NCBI RefSeq assembly: GCF_036321535.1
Contig: NC_087437.1
Span: 99,760,001-99,824,000, forward strand
Direction of reading: 5' to 3'
DNA length: 64,000 nucleotides
DNA from: Camelus dromedarius
Lineage: Eukaryota
Under the pieces are notes generated by a model. It ran no database searches. It worked only from the letters and a program-made list of their open reading frames with translations, and was not told the origin of the DNA. Position 1 is the first letter of the stretch, and each line of letters begins with the position of its first letter. Made by a program: the position numbers and the translations under genes. This document shows, piece by piece, positions 27,642 through 40,755 of the stretch.

Positions 27642-27853
27642 CTATTTTTTCTTAATTAATTTTTTATTGAAGTATAGTCAGTTACAATGTGTCAATTTCT
27701 GGTGTGCAGCATAATGTCCCAGTCATGCATATATATTTGTTTTCATATTCTTTTTCATTAAAGGATATTACAAGATATTGAATATGGTTCCCTGTGCTAT
27801 ACAAAAGAAACTTGTTTTGGTCTGTTTTTATATATAGTGGTTATAATTTGCAA
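27642..27853 (-). mobile_element. 5'-truncated young L1 3' end (same type as the 20.4-kb copy)
   Basis: Reverse complement aligns by eye with 20615-20820; TSD aataag[c/t]ccat at 27631-27641 and 27854-27864. Confidence 0.88.
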
Positions 27854-28801
27854 AATAAGTCCATTGCAAACCACAGAGCAACTTAAATGTGTTTTTGTTT
27901 TCCCCAACAGCTATATTTTCATCTCTGAATTCACCATAGAAATCTCCCCTGATGTAATTTAGAGATTTTGTATTTCCATATGTTAGAAATCTTTTTTTTA
28001 TTTTTCATCTTTTATATATATAAAATAAAACAAAACCTCCTCATTTCATTTTGATTCTTAAAAAACAATTGATTATTCAAAAACTCTGTTCTCACTTACT
28101 GGTAGTCAAAGTTAAATTCAGAAACACAGAATACAGTCTTTACTGTAGTCTCTGAAGTGTTCTACCAGAAATTCAGTACAGTCATATGAGATAGCAAAGC
28201 CATTCATAGAGTAAATTACTTTCAAACGAGTTCAAATACTCACTCTCAAGTATCCATGCAAAGGAGACAGAGTATTGACACAATAATTAAATATTTATTA
28301 AAAATCTGCTCTGCTTTTTGTGAGGCAGCAGCTGTATTCTCAGTGTTAAATCCTGACATGGGAGGGAAATCAGTTGTCCAGGCTTGATGGATTTCTCAAT
28401 GCCAAGCAACTCCATGTCCCAGAAGATGCTCTTATGAATCTGACCTGCGCCAAGGGGAAAGAGCAGGACAGCTGGGAGAACACGCACCCTGGAGAAGGCA
28501 GGACCTCTCCCACCCTTCCGGCTGAGTTAGTTCTATAACTCGTATTTGCTACTACAATTATTTGAAAGGTGATTACAAAGTTGTGACATCCAGACAACAT
28601 ATTTTCTTACAAAATCCTCTTTGGTGCCAGAGGTCGAGACAAATTTCCTGCTTCAAGACAGACTGAAGCTCGTAATTGTGACGATTTGGGACATTTCGCC
28701 TGCCTCCTCAAGCTACAAATAATCAGGATATTTGACCTAAAAGAAGAACTTTACGAAGTAAGTTAAATAATTTCTTTGGGAAATTTTAGAACAGTGAATG
28801 C

Positions 28802-28802
<1 letters not shown>

Positions 28803-28833
<31 letters not shown>

Positions 28834-28844
28834 TGTGTGTGTGT
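28803..28844. repeat. (TG)n microsatellite
   Basis: Read directly; one interruption. Confidence 0.95.
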
Positions 28845-30496
28845 ACTGTGGCTGCTGCTGCTTCTCTATACATTTTATTTATTTTTAGGTTGTAAAATAG
28901 CTTAACTTCTAAGATTAATATTTACCTTAGATAGCTATTATTGCAGGGTTTTTTTTTTTTTTTACAGTAACCCATTTATCCATGGGGAAAAAAACTGCAG
29001 ACAAACAGGTTGTAGCTGTCTTAGAAACGGATTGTTCTTTACAAGACCACAGGTTTTTGAGAGCTGAAATTCTCCCTCTAAGGTCAAGCAACTTTTTAAG
29101 TCAAATGATGGAATTAAACAGCTGTGAAATATTTGGAATGCAAGCTGATACGTAAAAATCTGCAAATGAATATACTGTAGAAGAAAACAGCTAAAATCAA
29201 AATGATTTGTTGAACTCAGAAATAAAGGGTAGGCAGTGTCAAGTGTAAAAGTTTGAAACAATACGTTTCCAGGGCCAAAGAGCAGTTTTATTCATAAGGA
29301 GTTGGTAGAATATGACAATTTACTTGACTCTGGTAGATTGTTCCTGTTGTGGTTTTTCAGTGTTCGAGAAATGCTAACTATTTTCTAATCCATAATATGT
29401 GGAACACCCCAGAATCTCTATCTCTTCCATCAAGTATCATGATCTCTGACTACACCAAAATAACCACCAAATACCCTCTTCTCTACCTCTGATACTTGCA
29501 CACAGTAAATCCCTCTCCTGGCAATGCCTTTTTTTTTTTTTTTTTTCAATCTAGAAAACTTCACAACCAGCAATAGCCAACTCTAATTTCACCATTATTT
29601 GGACCTCTCCAGGCAAAGTGAATTCTTATTTCCATTAACCAGATATTCATAATTACTTGATTATAGATAATATTTCATTATTGGGAAGCCCAAACCTGTG
29701 TGTCAAACCATGTATTCCATAACTTGCAGAAAGTTTGTGTTCTTTTCTATAGCCTCAAAACTTTCACACTGCATTTCTACGTAAGAGGCAGTTGAATCAC
29801 ATGTGTTGAATCATTGCTGTTCTTCTAAACACATTCTTTCTCTCCAGCAATCTATTTATTTGTCTGTGTCTCCCCCTCTCCCACTCCTTTCTCTACTTCT
29901 CTAGTTTTCCGTCCACACCTTCACCCATGGCACCCATGGATGTGACTCAGTTCACCAACTCAAATGAAGATGTTCACTTGGAAGACTTTTTGGAAAATCA
30001 GTTACAAAATTCTGTTATCTAGTTTACTTTTTAAGATTGCAGAAAGGCAGTTTTAAAAAAAAACAGGTGATAAACGTATAGTTTAAGATTTATTATAGGG
30101 GGCAGAAGCCGGGTTAATCAAGTGGTGCCACTGACTTGCTGAACTTCCACACTCTCTTCCTCCAACATATCCTGAATGCCATCAGTCAGTGCCTGAGACC
30201 CTCAGACCACCCATGGACAAGTGGGAGCACACATGTCAATCTGTACATTAAATTTCAGTAAAACTGGACTTCCTTCTTTTCTATTTTAATATAAAATAAA
30301 TATAAAGTTTTGTTTTGTTATATCATATTGAAGACCATTGGTCTAAAATAATTTCTCTTTTAATACCTGCATTATGCTCTGCAAAGGATGTTATAAGGCT
30401 GTGTTGAAAAATACCCTTATACTAAATTGTGGAAGAGAATTCAGAGCACACACAAATTTTCCCAGTGTTTTCTTTTAACTCTCCTGTGCTTACTAT

Positions 30497-31668
30497 TATT
30501 TAAACAGCTTTATTTGAGACATTCACCTACCATACAACTCATCAATTTAAAATGTACAATTTAATGCTTTTCAGTATATTTACAGAGTTATTTGACCATC
30601 ATCACAATCAATTTTAGAACATTATCATCATCCCACAAATAAATCCTGTACCCTCATTTCCCCTCAACTCCTCCTCTTCCCTGTCCCAGCCCCAGGCAAC
30701 CACTCATCTATATTCTCTTTCTAGTTGCCTATTCTGGACATCTTTATAAATGGAATCATAAACTATGTGGCCTTTTAGGGAGCTCCTTTCAGTTAACATG
30801 TTTTCAAGATTCATCCATAATGTAACATGTATCTGTATTCCATTCCTTTTTATAGCCTAATAGTATTCCATTTTATGTATATACCCCTGTTATTTATGCA
30901 TCAGTTGATGGACATTTGGGTCCTTACACTTTTTAGCAATTATGTATAATACTTCTATGAACATTCATGCACAAATGTTTGTATGGAAATATGTTTTTAT
31001 TTCTTTTGGGTTTATACATAAGAGTGGAATTATTGAGCCATATGGTAACTATGTTTAACCTCTGAAGGAACTGTCAAATTACCATTTTAAAAAATATTTT
31101 CCCACCAGCACTGTATAAAGTTTCCAGTTTCTTCAGATCCTCACCAATGCTTGTTATTATTATTTTTTTTATTATAGTCATCCTAGTGGATGTACAATGA
31201 TAGCTCATCTTGTTTTGATTGTGTTTTCTTGATGGCCAATGATGCTGAGCACCTTTTCATATGCTAATTGCCCACCAGTGTATCTTCTTTGGAGAAATAC
31301 CTATTCGGATACTAAGCTCGCTTTTAATTGGGATTGTCATTTTATTATTAGTTGTAAGCACTCTTTGGTATATTATAGATACCAGTACCTTTTCAGATAT
31401 ATGATTTGCAAAATTTATCCTATTCTTTGGGTTATCACATCACTTCCTTGATAGTATCCTTTGAAGAACAAATTTTTACTTTTGATGATATCCAATTTAT
31501 CAATTTTTTCTTTTGTCGCTTGTGCTTTTGGTACTATTTTTAAGAAATGACTATCTAATCCAAAGTCATAAATTTGTATGCCTAGCTTTTTTTCCTAAGA
31601 GTTTTATAGTGTCAGTTCTGATAGCTCAGTCTTTGGTCCATTTTGAATTAACTTTTGTATGCAGAGTG
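30497..31668 (-). mobile_element. L1MB-type LINE-1 3' portion
   Basis: aacagctttatt...catacaa...aaaatgtacaatt; cagttgatggacatttggg; tttcccaccagca; cttctttggagaaata. Confidence 0.88.
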
Positions 31669-31689
31669 AGTTCTATTTGTTTTAGAATG

Positions 31690-32440
31690 TGTAGAATAAT
31701 TTTTAAAAATACATTTTTGTCCTTGTTCCTAGTTTCTGGCACACAGTTCCTAAAATTCTTGAACTCTCCCGAGTGACAGGAGTGTCTTTGGTATGCTAAT
31801 AATATAACTGGTGACTAGGGGCCCCTGGACATCTTCAGTAACGGGCTGGTCTCCAGAAAGAACAAGGCATGATTAGAGAATTGGAACTTTCAGCCTCACC
31901 TCAAAACCTCCAGGAAGGGAAGGGGGCTGAAGATTGAGTTCAATCACTAATGATCAATGATTTATTCAATCAAACCCATGTTATAAAGCCTCCATAAAAA
32001 TCTCTATGTGATAGAGTTCAGAGAATTTGTGAGTTGACGACACACTGATGTGCTTTGGAAGGTCATGTGTCTTCAGAGGACTTGGAAGCTCCATGCACCC
32101 ACCTTATTCCCCTGTACATCGCCTAATGAATCTCTTCCATTTGGCTGTTTCTGAGTTGCATCCTTTATAATAGACCAGTAAGCAAAAGTAAAGTGTTTTT
32201 CTGAGTTCTGTGAGTTGTTCTAGCAAATTATCAAACTTAAGGAGGGGACTGTGGACACTGTCAAATTTATTGCTGGTCAGTGAGAAGTACTCCTGGAATT
32301 TGTGTTTGGTGCCTGAAGTGTGGGCAGTCTTGTGGGCCTAAGTCCTTAAGCGTTGAGGATCATGCTAATTCCAGACAGCAAGTGCCAGAATTAAATTGAA
32401 TTGTTGGACACTCAGTTGATATTGGAGAACCAACAAATCA
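31690..32440 (+). mobile_element. MER21-like LTR
   Basis: ttctggcacacagttcctaaaa...gagtgacaggagtgtcttt; gattagagaattggaactttcagcc; agtaaagtgtttttctgagttctgtgag...ctagcaaattatcaaac. Confidence 0.8.
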
Positions 32441-32689
32441 CAGAATTGTAATGCTCTTTTGACTGTTATTAGAAACCTTCCTCCTTTCTTCCTCTTTCTC
32501 ACTAATGTAAATTAAGTACCACAGTAGAAACTGTAATGCTTAACAAATTCCATTTGCTCTCCTATGTTTCCTAGCCCCAGTGCAATTAAGGGCCAGCGGA
32601 TCTGTGAGCAGGCCAGCAGTGAGAATCCCATCTACAATTCTACAGTCTCTCTTCCCTGCTCCTGAGATTTCTGTTGCTAAAATGTCATA

Positions 32690-32850
32690 CTGGCCATCAG
32701 ACCAGTCCCTGAGTGATTATGTGGAGTAGAGGTCGCTGCTGAACTATGTTAGATTTATAATGTGAACAATAAATACACTTCTATCATTTTAAACCATAGT
32801 TTTTGTTTTGTTTTGTTTGTTTTGGCTACCAGAGAATACCATAGCTATAA
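32690..32850 (+). mobile_element. MaLR (MLT1) LTR 3' fragment
   Basis: ccctgagtgattatgtggag...atgtgaacaataaatacacttctatcattttaaacca. Confidence 0.5.
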
Positions 32851-33455
32851 CATAGGTCCTTCTGCTAACAATTTTCCATTAGCCCCTCAACTATTAAGAG
32901 GTAGAATGGCTTTCATGGAGTAATTTGGTGAAACTGCTTGCCTCTGCTTCTTTAACAGAATGACCTTAGGAGTATAATTTTTGACCACAAAATGTCTTAC
33001 ATAAGTTAACCTAATTTTTCTTCCCAGTACTCCTGAGTTAAGCAGAGTTGTATTAATATCCACACTTTAAAGATAAGGAAACTGGGGTTGGAAATGCTTA
33101 AGGAAATTAGTTGCTTAACATCTCGTGCCTCACCAGCAGCTGATCTGTCTGTTTTCCTTCTTGTCAACACACTTTTTGCCGCCCTGGGCTTTCAGCATTT
33201 CTCTTTCTATTGTTTACTCATAATTGTCTCTGTTTCTGAATAAACTGAGTATTTCTCACAATCTTATATATAGACTCATTGACCATTTAGGGTATTTCAA
33301 TCACAGTATTAGTCCATTAGATGATTAATTTTTTTCTCAAGCTTTTTTTTTCAAAGGTTATAGGTAAATAAAATGCTAAAGAATCAAGTGTGATCATGGG
33401 TCATATATATCTTAGTTACCATTACTCAAGGTAGCTTTATAGAAATTTTGCTTCT

Positions 33456-34182
33456 TGTAATTTCATTTCTTGTAGTGTCCTTACTTGGCTGTGGTATTGG
33501 TAAGGATAGTTTTCTAAAATGAGCTTGTAAGTCTTCCCTCCTCTTCAATTTTTTGGAAGAGATTGAGAGGATTGAATTAATTCTTCTTTAAATGTTTCAT
33601 AGAAGTCGGCAGTGAAGCCACATGGTCCTGGGTTTTTCTTTGTTAGGCAGTGTTTGATTACTCAATCTCCTTGTTATTGGTCTGTAAGGATTTTCTATTT
33701 CTTCATGATTCGATCTTGGTAAGTTGAATGTTTTCAGAAATTATTCCATTCTTTTAAGTTATCCAATCTGTTGTCATATAACTGTTCATTGTAGTCTAGT
33801 ATAGTCCTTTGTATTTCTGTGGTTTTTGGTTGTAAGTTCTCCTCTTTCATTTCCAATTTCATTTATTTGAGTTTTCTCTCTTTCCTTCTTAGTCTGGATA
33901 AAGTTTTGTCAATTTCATTGATCTTTTTAAAAAACCAACTCTTAGTTTCATTGATTTTTTTCTATTGTTTTCTAGTCTCTATTTCATTTAGTTTTGCTCT
34001 AATCTTTAATATCTCCTTCTTTCTGCTGCTTGGGACTTGTTATTTTTCTAGTTTCTTGAGGTGAAATGTTAGGTTGTTTATTTGAGATCTTTCTTTTATA
34101 TTAATGTAGGCATTTGTCACTATAAAATTCTCTCTTAAAACTGCTTTTGCTGCATCCCACATTTTGGTATGCTGTATTTCCA
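33456..34182 (-). mobile_element. Old L1, 5'-inverted ORF2 segment
   Basis: Reverse complement gives a degraded ORF2 linker/RT start (WDAAKAV...; LFQKIEEEG...; KDTTR). Confidence 0.85.
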
Positions 34183-36462
34183 GAAAATAAAAGGCATTCA
34201 AGTTAGAAAGGAAGAAATAAAATTGTTTCTGTTTGCAGATGACATAATCTTGTATATAGAAAACCCTAAAGACTGTACTAAAAACTGTTAAAACTAATAA
34301 ACAAATTCAATAAAGTTACAGGATACAAAGTCAACATGCAAAAAACAGTTGTGTCTCAATATGCAAACAACAAACTATCTGCAAAAGAAATTAAGAAAAT
34401 AATCTCATTTATAATAGCAGCAGAAACAATATAATACTTAGCAATAAATTTAACTAAGGAGGTGAAAGATCTGTACACTGAAAACTATAAAACATCAATG
34501 AAAGAAACTGAAGACACAAATAAATGGAAAGATACTCCATGTTCACCAGTTGGAAGTACTAATATTGCCAAAATACCCATACCTAAAGCATTTTACAGAT
34601 TGCAGATTACAGAATGCAGTCTCTTTCAAAAATTCCAATAGAATTTTTCACAGAAATAGAAAAAAATCCTAAAATTCATATGGAACCACAAAATACCCCC
34701 AGATATCAAAAACAATCTTGTACAAGAAAAACAAAGCTGGAGACAACATGCATCCTGATTTCAAACTATATTACAAAGACACAGTAATCAAAGCCACATG
34801 GTATATGGGCATAGAAATAGACACATAGGCCAATGGAACAAAATAGAGAAAAAGGAAATAAACTCATGCATATATGCTCAACTAATCTTCAACAAGGGTA
34901 CCAAAAATACAAAATGAAAGAATAGTCTTTTAAATAAATGGTGATGGGAAAACTGGATATTCACATGCAAAAAGGATGAAATTGGAAACTTATCTTACAC
35001 TATACACAAAAATCAACTCAAAATGGATTAAAGACTTAACTGTAAGACTTGAAACCATAAAACTCCTAGAAGAAAACATAGGGGAAAACTCCCTGACATT
35101 GGTCTTGGCAATGATCTTTTAAATACGACACCAAAAGCACAGACAACAAAAGCAAAAATAAGTGGGACTACATCAAACTAAAACTCTTCCAGATGGCAAA
35201 GAAAAAAATCAGCAAAATGAAAATACACCCTGAAAAGTGGAATAAAGTATTTGTAAACCATACATCTGATAATGGGTTAATATCCAAAATATGTAAGGAA
35301 CTCTTACAACTCAATAGCAAAACAAATAAATAAATGGATTTTTTAAAATGGGCAAAGGGTCTGAATAGACATCACTCCAAAGAAGACACATAATAAATGT
35401 CCAAGAAGTATATGAAAAGGTGCTCAACATCCCTAATCGTCAGGGAAATACAAATCAAAACCACAGTATCACTTCACAACTTTTATAATGGTTATGACTT
35501 TTAAAAAAAGGTAACAACTGTTGGTGAGGATGTGGAGAAAATGGAACCCTGGTACACTTCTTATGGGAAATTAAATTGGTACAGTCATATTGGAAAACAA
35601 AATGGAGACTCCTCAAAAAATTAAAAATAGAACTACAAAATGATCCAGCAATACCACTTCTGGGTATCTATCCAAAAGAATTGAAATCAGGGTCTCAAAG
35701 GGATACCTGCATTCCTATGTCATTGCAGCATTATTCATAATAGCCAAGACACGGAAGCAAGTTAATGTTCATCCATGAGTGACTGGATAAAGAAAATGTA
35801 TATACATACAATGGAATTTTAATAAAGATGGAAATCCTGGGGGAAGGGTATAGCTCAGTGGTAATGCATATGCTTAGCATGTATGAGGTCCTGGGTTCAA
35901 TCCCCAGTACCCCTATTAAAAAAAAAAAAAGGAAATCCTGCCATTTTTTACAATATGGATAAACCTGGAGAACATTGTGCTAAGTGAAATAAACCAGACA
36001 CAGAAGAACAAATAATATATGATCACACTTATGTGTGGAGTCTAAAATAGTCAGACTCACAGAGGGGAGAGTAGTATAGTGATTGCCATGGGTCGGAGGA
36101 GGGAAAAATGAGACGGTGACGGTCAAGGAGTACAAAGTTTCAGTTATATAAGATAAATGCATTCTGGAGATGAAGTATATAGCCTAGTACCTAAAGCTAA
36201 CAGTACTGTATTGTATACTTAAAATTTGCTAAAAAAGTAGATCTTATGTTGTGTTCTTATCTCTCAATCACACACACACACACATAATGAAAATAGTAAA
36301 GGATGCAGGAGGAAACTTTGGAAGATGATGGATATTTTTATGGCTTTGATAGTGGAGATGGTATCCTGTGTGTGTACTTATCCCCAAATTCACCAAGTTG
36401 TATATCTTACATATTTACAGCTTTTTATGTGTCAATCATAGCTCAATAAAGCGATTTAAAAA
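34183..36462 (+). mobile_element. Old L1 (L1MA10/L1MB-like): ORF2 RT to 3' end
   Basis: [17 protein letters not shown] catalytic motif near 34186-34243; continuous degraded ORF2; 3'UTR ending ctcaataaagcgatttaaaaa. Confidence 0.92.
35840..35930 (+). mobile_element. tRNA-derived vic-1-type SINE (short form) nested in the L1
   Basis: gggtatagctcagtggta...ggttcaatcccc plus A13 tail; TSD ggaaatcctg at 35830-35839 and 35931-35940. Confidence 0.92.
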
Positions 36463-37369
36463 TAAGTTATGCAATTTAATACATCTGGTAAATACTACAT
36501 TACACTTAAACTTTGCTACAGCAAGCTTCATTGGGAATGGTACCTCATCATCTCCAGGAAATACTGTGATACAAATTATCATGAGTGTGTTCTTTTATAA
36601 AGGTTGCATGACAGCAACATTGGGATGAGTTTATGGAATAAAGTTATGCATACTAATGCCTTACTATAGCATTATTCCACAAGACATGGGTTCCTCTTAT
36701 GCACCCATTCATCCAAATGATGAAGAAACCAAAATGTAATTAATTCTAGGCATCTCTTTCTAGAAGGTTGAGTATCTGTGGTGTGGTTATAAAATACTGT
36801 GCCATCATACAATATTTTAAGGATTGAACTCCTTATAAAATATTAAATATTAAAAATAGTAAATATAATTCTTAAAGACCTTTTCTTCCTTTCCAAAGAA
36901 ACAAAGAAGGCTATATGCACAGTTTAAACAGTTTATATACTTTACTGTTCTGAGATTTATCCAACACTGAGGTACCATGTGATGGCAATGAGTACCCCTC
37001 CGGCCAAGGAAATTCCAGGCAAGGAGGCCAAATGGATTTGACAATCCTCTCACTTAATGGACTAAGAAAATGTACTCACAAGCCTGGCCCTTGAAAGTAT
37101 GTGTGATGTTTTGTGTTCAAAAACTATGCAGTTAGATGTTACCAGCTTGGGACTCACTGAATTAAACAATGCTTCTCTACTGAACTGTTTCTCAGCATGT
37201 TTAATGTGCTAATGTGTGCTCTGAATCTTCTCCAAAGAAGGTGAAGCCAAAAATGTCTCTAATGCTGCTGGGCAATACAAACTCATTTTTGTGGAGCTTA
37301 TTTTGGAAGAACACAATCTGAGAAACGTATGTGTATTGACTATAACTCTGAGCTCGGAGTAAGAATGTC

Positions 37370-37540
37370 TCGGATACTCATTAGTTCTGAAGCCTGGGCA
37401 AGCTATTTAATTTCTGACTTCAGTTAATAATATTCCTGCCTGTGTCATAAGGAGGGTTAAAGAGACCACTAGATCCAGGGAGTTAGGACTGTTCATAGCC
37501 ATTATTATGCGAAACATAGTACAATAAATATTGGCTATTT
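37370..37540 (+). mobile_element. MIR SINE, degraded
   Basis: cctgggcaagctatttaatttctgacttcagtt...aataaatattggctatt. Confidence 0.55.
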
Positions 37541-37641
37541 CAATAAAACAGCATATTTATATGCATAATATCTGTATAACTGGATAGCTATCAAATAAAA
37601 TTATATTGACTGATATAAAATAGGATTTCATAAAATCAGAA

Positions 37642-37718
37642 TGACTCAAATGAACGTCACTTTTAAAGTTTTCTCTCTACCATTATAATTTTGGGTGACT
37701 CAGAATCTTGTTGAGTCA
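37642..37718. promoter_or_regulatory. Cluster of three AP-1 sites
   Basis: TGACTCA at 37642, TGACTCA at 37696, TGAGTCA at 37712. Confidence 0.4.
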
Positions 37719-40188
37719 TATAATTAGCCACTTCTAATGACTATTATTAGCATCAAACATTGCATCTGTAATAATCTTGGGAGGAGAACAGTCGTAGTAT
37801 ATGAAAACATGAAGGAAATGAATGATATGAAGAGAATTATATTATAGGATGCTAATAGCATCAATCCTCTAGTTTTTACATAATTTCTGTTTGGCTCGAG
37901 AGTAATTACAAAAAACAAGATGAAGCAGCTCTGTGTCAGTACAGATTACTGACAGTGACAAAACTATTTTAAGTTACTGAGAATGAATTGATATAGTGAC
38001 AATAACAAAGCTTATGGTCAAAAGGGTGTCAGTCAGGCCGGGGATTTCTTCTAAAGTGGCTTTTCTTTTGAACAATTACTTCTCTCACTGCTATTCCAAC
38101 TTCTTTTCTTCCACTTGCTATTTACACGTTTACTTGCACTGGGAGATTTCTCAAACAATATTTATTTCAATCATCTTGACTTGTTTAAATTTCAAAAAAA
38201 ACTATGCAAAAATAAGTCCTATACAGCCCTACATTTTGAGCAAAGTGTTTGTGCCCTTTAGAAGCTTTTCATAGAGATGCATGATTTCAGCCTAAGTAAA
38301 GCTGCCTGCCAAGTATTGTAGATGATGTTCCTGAGAGAGTTTTGATTTTAACCAAATGGTTGAATATATCTATTACCAATCCAGAAGTAGGTTTGTGAGG
38401 ATGGCATGTATTTATTCCAGACATAAATCCCTGAAGAACTCAGCCATCTGTGCATTATACCCACAGGAATATAAGTGACCGATAATTTGTACAGAAACAA
38501 ACAAAAAAGTGTTTTTGAAAGTGAGAACACAAAATAACATCTGATTTCAAAGATACATTTATATTTCATTACTTCACATAAATTATAATTCATGAGAAAA
38601 GAGACTGAATATTTCGGAGAAGAGGAAAAATAATTTACATTGTTTTTTCTGGTCCGAAGCCGAAGTAGACTTGGGCAGCTGTGGGAGGGAAAAAAAAAAA
38701 AGGGCGTTCAAAGACTCTCAACAGGCATGCTTCAATAAGATATCCTACTGTTCTAGAAAATGCCTCAACAGAAAGGTCAATTTTTAAGAAATCATTCAAA
38801 GGAATAAGCCAAACTTAAAAGAAATTTGTCCGGGATCCTAGGTAACCTGATTTCGCCCCTTCTGAGTTGATTCTGTTTCATGTCAGAGACACAGTAGACA
38901 AGTGGATGTGAGAGGAAAGGCCGAGTGGAGCTTTACTGGCTGACCCACGACAGCCATTCTTAGTAATGCTTCCTCCATTGTCAACACTTCGAACAGAAAC
39001 CACAGTATGGATCTTGCCAGTGAGAGATTGGGAAAATGCACCACATCAATGACTCACACTCCCCCACCCCCGCCACTCCTTCCCTCCCCTCCAAGAGTGC
39101 ATCAGAGCCTATTACCAAGATACTGTAAGAGAAGTTTCGGGCAAATTAAGAGTCCCCTCCCTGCCTCATTGTTACCTTATTCAATAGCATCCTGGCATTT
39201 TGCAAGAAAGCCTTTGATGATAAGATCTGATGCAGCATTCCAACTCCAGAAAGTATGTTAGGGAATCTTAAATAGAAGTCATTACTCTTAAGTGCTCAGT
39301 ATATTCAGGATTTCCTTTGACTATTCCACTGTCTCCAAGCCCAGCAGGTAACAAACTGGAATTGTATGCTAATTTTAAAACGTTAAGAGAAGAGGAAAGA
39401 CAATTTTTCTCCCTATAGCACCTTTGTGCTTCCAAAGAAAATGCAAATTTCTGGTTCTTAAGTCACTGCTATTTCTACCGCATCACGTGTCCCAGTACCA
39501 CAATGTTGATGTTTCTCCACACTGTAACAGACATTGGAAATTTGCCATGTGCTTTGCTCATTTCGTTCATTGAACTGTGAGCTCTACATGCACTGTTTAA
39601 TATACAATGATCAAAACTCCCACACTGTTTCAGGGCTACAGCTCTTCTCGTGCGTGGAGTTTGCAGATACATGAATATCTGGAATCTATGTATCTGCATT
39701 CCACCCCCATTCTTTTCTACTCTCGTTCAAGAAAGAAAGTTGACTCCAAAAGTCCATTCTGCAGAGGCAAAAATGAGGTCCCCTATTGTACTGGGACATC
39801 TTTACTAAACAATTTCTGGTCATTCCCACTGACACTATTCTCTTTTTTCACTCCGCTCCAGCCAGCATACCATTCTCAGAAAAGTATTTCTAAAACTTTA
39901 CTTTCACTGCTTAATCACTTGATGAAGAACCTGCCGTGGACTCTCATTTCCCACCATATCACGTTCACATCCAAAAGCCTGACTTCGGCTCTCTGCATAA
40001 ATAATGTAGCCACAACATTTATCCTGCTCTTCTAGAACACAGAGCAGTCTTTTGAAAAGAAAACTCTTTCCCTGCTTCCTCCCTCTGTTGGTTATATTTA
40101 TTCCAGTTCTGTGATTGCTGCCACCCCTCAACCTGGATGCTTTTTTTGGGTGGTTGTTCTTGAACTGTTTAAACAGAACTATTATTAA

Positions 40189-40230
40189 TGACTCAGCTTT
40201 TCCCTGAAACTTCTCTGGCTATTCCCGGAA
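40189..40230. promoter_or_regulatory. Candidate AP-1/ARE plus tandem STAT (GAS) enhancer module
   Basis: TGACTCAGC at 40189-40197, TTCCCTGAA at 40200-40208, TTCCCGGAA at 40222-40230. Confidence 0.45.
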
Positions 40231-40574
40231 ACAGGACAGAGCAGCCCTCTCTCTAATGTTACAGGTTCACTTAGAGTGAGTAACACAGCCGGCCACCTCA
40301 TTCTTGGCTAAAGCTGCCATGACTGTTAGCTTTCTTTTCCTGTATTTATGGTATCTCTTCATGGGACCATGTCTAGCTAACAGTTATGCTGTTGTTTTTG
40401 TGACTACCTCTGGCTGTGTAATTAGGAGGACCTCTGTATGCATTTTATTTTAGCAAAGATATGACTTATTGGAGAAGAAAAGTAGGGAGAAATTAATCTC
40501 TCTCTTTCTTTTGCTCTCTCCTTCTGTTTCTCTGAATGAACTGTACAAATTTTGGATCAGGTGAACAAGAGATA

Positions 40575-40755
40575 CGCATGTAATTTCAGACTAGTTACTG
40601 ACCAGTGACTAAAACCCTCTAAGTCTCAGTTTCCTCCTGTAAATAACAAGGAAAACATCTAACGCATGCTTTATGTAAGGAGTAATAACATAATCATATA
40701 AGTGAGGCCATTAGCACTATTTCTGGCATTTAGTAGGCACTTAATAGATGGTATT
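40575..40755 (+). mobile_element. MIR SINE
   Basis: ctctaagtctcagtttcctcctgtaaa...ttagcactatttctggcatttagtaggcacttaata. Confidence 0.75.
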
